Made by a program: the position numbers and the translations under genes
Assembly (NCBI GenBank): GCA_963710925.1
Contig: CAVQBY010000001.1
Coordinates: forward strand, 162,871-226,870
DNA: 64,000 nucleotides
From: an uncultured Pseudomonadota bacterium
Lineage (GTDB): Bacteria > Pseudomonadota > Alphaproteobacteria > Micropepsales > Micropepsaceae
Reading direction: 5' to 3'
Part shown: piece by piece, positions 58,390 through 64,000 of the stretch
How the letters are laid out: every line of letters begins with the position of its first letter
Position numbering within the stretch: the stretch's first letter is position 1
Notes under the pieces: generated by a model
The model's database searches: none
Told to the model about the DNA's origin: nothing
What the model saw: only the letters and a program-made list of their open reading frames with translations

Positions 58390-58890
58390 ATGCGGGAAAT
58401 CCGCGAATTCCGTGTCGAATCGGCCGGTGAGGTCGAGACGATTCTGGTGGCGGCCTTTGGCGGCGGCGGCGAAGCCCGTCTGGTCCGGGCGCTGCGCGCG
58501 GACGGCGCGATGGCGCTGGAGCGCGTGGCGGTGGAAGACGGTGTTGTCGTCGGCCACATCGCCTTCAGCCCGCTGATGACCGCCCCGGCGACGCTGCGGC
58601 TTGCCGGGCTGGCGCCGGTGGCCGTCGCCCCGGACCGGCAGGGCCAGGGGATCGGCGGCGCCTTGATCCGCGACGGTCTGGCGCGCTGTGCCGCGGCCGG
58701 TTTCGCGGCGGTCGCGCTGCTCGGCGACCCGGCCTATTACCGCCACTTCGGCTTTACGCGCCGTGCGGCCTTTCCGCTGCACAGCATCTATTCGGGCCCG
58801 GCCTGGCAGGCGCTGGAATTGTCCGAGGGCGCGCTCGCGGGCGGACCATGGACGGTGCGCCATCCGGCCGCCTTTGCGGCACTGGATTAG
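58390..58890 (+). CDS. GNAT N-acetyltransferase (YhbS-like)
   Basis: GHIAFS, LAPVAVAPDRQGQGIG, LGDPAYYRHFGF. Confidence 0.9.
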   Translation: MREIREFRVESAGEVETILVAAFGGGGEARLVRALRADGAMALERVAVEDGVVVGHIAFSPLMTAPATLRLAGLAPVAVAPDRQGQGIGGALIRDGLARCAAAGFAAVALLGDPAYYRHFGFTRRAAFPLHSIYSGPAWQALELSEGALAGGPWTVRHPAAFAALD

Positions 58891-61419
58891 GGGCTGCGCA
58901 ACAGCGCCGCCGGCCTGGCCGCGAGGGCGGACCAGGCGCCGATCAATCCGAACAGCAATGTCGCCGCGCCGCCGCCGGCCACGGTCAGCAGCGCCGCGCG
59001 CAGATCGAAGACGAAGGGAAGATCGAACAATTGGCCGGCGATCGTCGAGGCGGCCAGCGTGCCCGCGCCCAGCGCCAGTGCGCCGGTCAGCACGCCGATC
59101 AGCCCATATTCCAGCGCATAGATTGCCGCGATGCGCGCGCGCGTCGCGCCCAGCACCTTGAGCACGGTCGAATCGTAAAGCCGCACCCGCTGTCCCGCCG
59201 CAATCGCCCCAGCCAGCACCAGCAACCCCGCCAGGATGGTGACCAGGCTGGCCGCGCGCACACCATCGGCCAATTGCTGTAGAAGCGCGTTGACCTGTGC
59301 GATGGCCTCCTTGACCCGCACCGTTGAGACATTGGCAAAGCGGTTGGTGACGGCGCGGTAGACCGCGGCCTCGTCCTTGTCGGGCACGCGCACGGTTGCC
59401 AGATAGGAATGGGGCGCGTGATCGATGATCCCGGGTGACAGCACCAGAATGAAATTCTGCCGCCCATTGGAGAAGTCGACCTTGCGCAGATTGGCGATGG
59501 TGCCGGTCATCTCCCGGCCCAGCACATTGAGCGTGAGGCTGTCGCCGAGTTTGAGGTGCATGGCCGCGGCCAGGTCGGCGTCGAAGGAAATCAGTGTCTT
59601 GCCCGTATAGTCCGGCGGCCACCATTTGCCCTCGGTGACGATCGTGCCCTTGGGCATGGCGCCGGCATAGGTGATGCCGCGGTCGCCATTGAGCGCCCAG
59701 CGTGCGCCGGGTTCGACCTTGGCCTCGCGCGCCGGCACGCCGTTCAGCGCGGTAATCCGTCCACGGATCATTGGCGTGCGCTTGTAATCCTTCGCCTCCG
59801 GGAAGCCGGCGATGGTCTTGTCGAAGGCCTTGGCCTCGTCCGGCTGGATGTCGATGAAGAAAAAGCTCGGCGCTGTGCCCGGCAGGCTGCCCTGCACCTG
59901 CGCCGAGATCGTGCGGTCGAGCAGGGTGACCGTGGTCAGCAATGTCAGCCCCAGTCCCAGTGCCACGACCACGCCCACGGTCGCCGCGCCCGGTCGCGTC
60001 AGATTGGCCAGCGCCAAACGCGGGCCGGGACTGCGCGGGCGTGGCAGGCGCTTCAGCGTTGCGCGCAAGCCGCTGGCGGCCAATCTCAGCAGCACCGAGT
60101 CCGGCCGCGATCCCGCCCAGGAACCACAGCGCAAACACCGGCGAGGGCGACACGAGCAATGCCAGCCCGATCACCGCCGCCGCGCAGCCGCCGGCGGCGG
60201 CGAGATAGATCCAGCGGCCGTGTGCCGGGCTGCGCGCGACGATGTCGCGGAACAGGCTGGCCGGTGCGATTTCGCGCGCGCGCGCCAGCGGTGGAATCGC
60301 GAAGGCCGCGGCCGAAAGCAAACCGAACATCGCGGCCAGCGCCAAAGGCGCCGGATAGACGGCAAAGGCCGCCGGTGCCGGCAGCCTGGCGCCATAGAGT
60401 CCTTCGACGGCGAAGGGCAGGGCCGCGCCCAGCACCAGTCCCGTGACGACTGCCACCGCCGCAATCGCCATGACCTGCAGGAAATAGATGCGGAAGATCA
60501 GCGCGCCCTCTGCGCCGAGCGCCTTGAGCGTGGCGATCTCGCCGCGCTTGCGATCGAGAAAGGCGCCGATGGCCTGGGCCGCGCCGACGCCGCCGACCGC
60601 CAGGGCCGTCAATCCCACCAGCGTCAGGAACATCGTCACCTGTTCGACGAACCGCTTCAGCCCCGGCGCGGCGTCCAGGCGGTCGCGCATCTGCCAGCCG
60701 GCATCGGCGAAGCGCGCCGTCGCCGCGCGTCTGAACGCGGCGATGGTTTTGTCCGGGGCGAGCGCCACGCGATAATGGTAGCCGATCAGGCTGCCGATGG
60801 TGACGAGCCCGGTGCGTTTCAAGGCGGCCTGCGACACGAGGATATGCGGGCCCAGGCTGAACCCGCCAGAGATGCGGTCGGGCTCATTTGTCAGCACTCC
60901 GGCGATACGAAAGTCTTGCGACCCAATCCGCAGCACGCCGCCCCGCTTCAGCCGCAGCCGGTCGAGCAGCGTCTGTTCGGCCACCGCGCCGCAGATATCG
61001 CCGGCGCAAGCCAGTGCGGGTTTGAGCCCGCGCGGCGGTGACACGCCCGCCGCACCATAGAGCGGATAGGCCGCGTCGACGGCCTTCAGTTCCACCAGCG
61101 TGCGCGCCTCCGCCCGGCCCTGCTTCAGCGCATAGGCCATGGCGCGCATCGTCGCGGTTTGCGACAACCGCCCATAGGACTTGAGAAAGCTCAGCTCCTG
61201 CGCACTGGCCGGCCGATGGACCAGGCTGACCTGCACATCTCCGCCGAGGAGTACACGGCCCTGCTGCGCCAGCCCGGTCAGCATCGCCTGCGCCAGCGAT
61301 CCGGTGGCGGCGATCGCCATCACGCCCAACACCAGCGAGGCAAAGAAGATGCGAAAACCCGTCAGCCCGCCGCGCAATTCGCGCCGCGCCAGCCGCCAGG
61401 CGAGGGCGAAGCCGTTCAC
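58887..61419 (-). CDS. YbbP-like ABC permease (frameshift near 60110)
   Basis: LARRELRGG, LLGGD, VELKAVD..YPLYG, PSFFFIDIQ, LKVLGA. Confidence 0.9.
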
Positions 61420-62123
61420 GCGTTGGCCTCCGCCCTGCGCGGCATTTCATCGGCCACAATTGCGCCGTCCTTGAGCCGGACGATGCGCTCGCAACGTCCG
61501 CGCCAGCATTTCCTCATGCGTGACGAGAAACAGCGTCGTGCGTTTGCGCGCATGCAGCGCGAACAGAAGATCGGCGACGTCTGCGCCCGTCATGGTGTCG
61601 AGATTGCCGGTCGGCTCGTCGGCGAACAGCACCGCCGGGCTCGGGGGCGATGGCGCGGGCCAGCGCCACGCGCTGCTGCTCGCCGCCCGACAATTGCCCG
61701 GGATAATGATCGCCGCGCGCGGCCAGCCCGACCGCCGTCAGCTCTTCGCGTGCCCGGTCGAAGGCGTCGCCCACGCCCGCCAGCTCCAGCGGCACGGCCA
61801 CATTTTCCAGCGCCGTCATGGTCGGGATCAGATGAAAGCTCTGGAACACGATGCCGACATGGCCGCGGCGGAAACGCGCCAGCCCATCCTCGCCCAGGCC
61901 CGGTCAGCTCGGTTCCGGCGACGCGCACCCGGCCGGCGCTGGGCGCCTCCAGCCCGGCGGCGACCATCAGAAGCGAGGACTTGCCCGATCCGGAAGGGCC
62001 GAGCAGGGCCAGCGTCTGACCGGCCGGTACCTGCAGCGAGATCCCGTTCAGGATGTTGACGGGGCCGGCCGCGCTGGCCAGCGTCAGCCGCACCGTGTCC
62101 AGGTCGATGGCGGGGACGGGCAT
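61416..62123 (-). CDS. YbbA-like ABC ATP-binding protein (frameshifted)
   Basis: GPSGSGKS, FQSFHL, LSGGEQQRV, ADEPTGNLD, VTH. Confidence 0.9.
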
Positions 62124-62227
62124 CGGGGGCTTTCCTTTCACGCCCCCTCGGCCAAGCTCGGGGTAATGATGGCGAATCGGGCGGCGATGCTTGCGGGGGG
62201 CAGACCCCGTCTCTATGGCGATATGGC

Positions 62228-62880
62228 ATGAGAACCGGCTTGTTCAAGCACAGCCTTACCATGGCCGCGCTGGCCTGGTCCTGCTGTGTACGCCGGCGCA
62301 TGGCCGCGCCGATCAGGATTCTCGGCGCTGGGCTCCAGCCTGACCCAGGGCTATGGCCTGCCGCCGGGCACCGAATTTCCCGCCGTGCTGCAGGCGCAGC
62401 TGAAGAAGGCCGGGATCGATGCCAAGGTCATCAATGCCGGCGTCTCGGGCGACACCTCGGCCGGCGGACTGGCGCGGCTGGACTGGTCGCTGGCCGATCA
62501 TCCCGATGCGGTGATCGTCGAGCTGGGCTCCAACGATGCGCTGCGCGGCCTGCCGCCGGCGGCAGACCGAAGAAGAACCTCGCCGCCATCCTGCGCGAAG
62601 CTGAAGGCCGCCCATATCCCGGTCCTGCTGTGCGGCATGAAGGCGCCGCGCAATCTGGGCCCGGACTATGCCAGGCAGTTCGATCCGATCTATGCCGAGC
62701 TGGCGAAGACACTATGGCGTGCTGCTCTATCCGTTCTTCCTCGACGGCGTGGCGATGAACCCGAAGCTCAATCAGGCCGACGGCATCCATCCCGATCCGG
62801 CCGGCGTGAAGATCATCGTCGCGCGCATGCTGCCCTATGTGAAGAAGCTCGTCGCCGAAGCGCGAGAGGCAAAGCGCTGA
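62228..62880 (+). CDS. tesA: SGNH arylesterase/thioesterase I (frameshifted)
   Basis: GSSLTQGYG, NAGVSGDT, ELGSND, DGIHP; divergent from ybbA. Confidence 0.85.
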
Positions 62881-64000
62881 TGTTCCGTCGCCTCCTGTCG
62901 GTCGGCGGCTTCACGCTGCTCTCGCGCATCACCGGCTTTCACGCGCGACATTCTGATGGCCGCGGTCGCTGGGCGCCGGCACCATGTCGGATGCCTTCGT
63001 GGTCGCGTTCCTGTTTCCGAATTATTTCCGCGCCCTGTTCGGCGAGGGCACGATCAATCCCGGCCTTCCTGCCGCGCTATGCGGCGCTTACGCGCGCGCG
63101 GCGAGACGCGCGAGGCCGCCAATTTCGGCGATGCCGTGTTCTCCTGGCAGATGGTGGCGCAGCTCGTCATTCTGGTTGCCGCGCTGGGCCTGATGCCGTG
63201 GCTGGTGCGCATTCTCGCGCCGGGCTTTGCCGACAATGCCGGGCAGATGGCGCTGACGGCGCATCTGGCCCGCATCACCTTCCCCTATCTGATCCTGTCG
63301 GTCGTGGCGGTGCAGCTTTCGGCCATGCTGAACGCGCTCGAGAAATTCGCCGCCGCCGCGGCCTGGCCGGCGCTGCTCAACTGTCGCGATGATCACCGCG
63401 CTGCTGTCCGCGGCCTGGTTTCCCAACGCCGCCGAAGCCGCGGCCTGGGGCGTTCTGGCCGGCGGGATGCTGCAGCTGGTCTTCATCCTCTGGGCGGCCA
63501 AGCGCGAAGGGCTGGATCTGCGCATCGGCTGGCCGCGCTGGACGCCCGAGATCAAGGAATTCCTTCGTCGCCTTCGGCGCGGTCACCTTCGGTGCGGCCA
63601 GCGTCATGCTGGCGCCGCTGATCGACACGGTGCTCGCCAGTTTTCTCGAAACCGGCAGCCGGACCGCGCTCTATTATGCCGACCGCATCGACCAGCTTGC
63701 CGCTTGGCGTGCTCGGCATCGCGCTGGGCACCGTGCTCCTGCCGGAGATGAGTGCCAAGCTCGCGGTCGGCGACACCAAAGGCTCGAACGCCGCGCAGAA
63801 CCGCGCCGCCGCACTGTCGCTCTTGCTGACCCTGCCGTTCTCGGCCGTCTTCATCGCCATCCCGGACACCATCATGCGCGCGATCTTCGCCCATGGCGCC
63901 TTCAATCCGGAGGCCGCCGCGCTCGCCGCCGTCGGCGCTGCGCGCCTATGGCATCGGGCTTCCGGCCTTCGCCATGGTGCGCATCGTGGCCTCCACCTTT
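62880..64000 (+). CDS. murJ: Lipid II flippase MurJ (partial, frameshifted)
   Basis: TLLSRITGF, DAFVVAFLFPNYFRALFGEG, RITFPY, LYYADRI; runs off the window end. Confidence 0.92.

Overview
GC-rich alphaproteobacterial chromosome segment; gene content and order suggest a Caulobacter/Rhizomicrobium-like lineage, which is inferred and not verified. Most of the window is housekeeping: lipid/acyl-CoA genes, OmpA, tRNA-Pro and tRNA-Gln, a Mur ligase and LD-carboxypeptidase, the ahcY-divL-tsaE-amgK-murU-addB-addA-trxA block, chvI-chvG-hprK-manX-npr, carB-greA, a Gld-like ABC system, ybbAP-tesA and murJ. Many genes, including essential ones, carry 1-2 nt frameshifts that look like long-read consensus errors, so coordinates of split genes are approximate. 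The standout is an AT-richer island of about 2 kb (16.3-18.3 kb) that abuts a truncated DUF433/PIN toxin-antitoxin pair. It carries a leaderless winged-helix gene with a palindromic operator, a class II tRNA with a leucine-type body but a valine (UAC) anticodon, and a hypothetical protein with a possible nuclease-like fold whose start codon overlaps that of a small divergent ORF. Other points: a DivL with Phe at the phospho-acceptor position, an orphan ParA ending in a Cle-type YxGPERR motif, two candidate LexA boxes, SahR- and CtrA-like sites, and several REP/RIME-like repeats.
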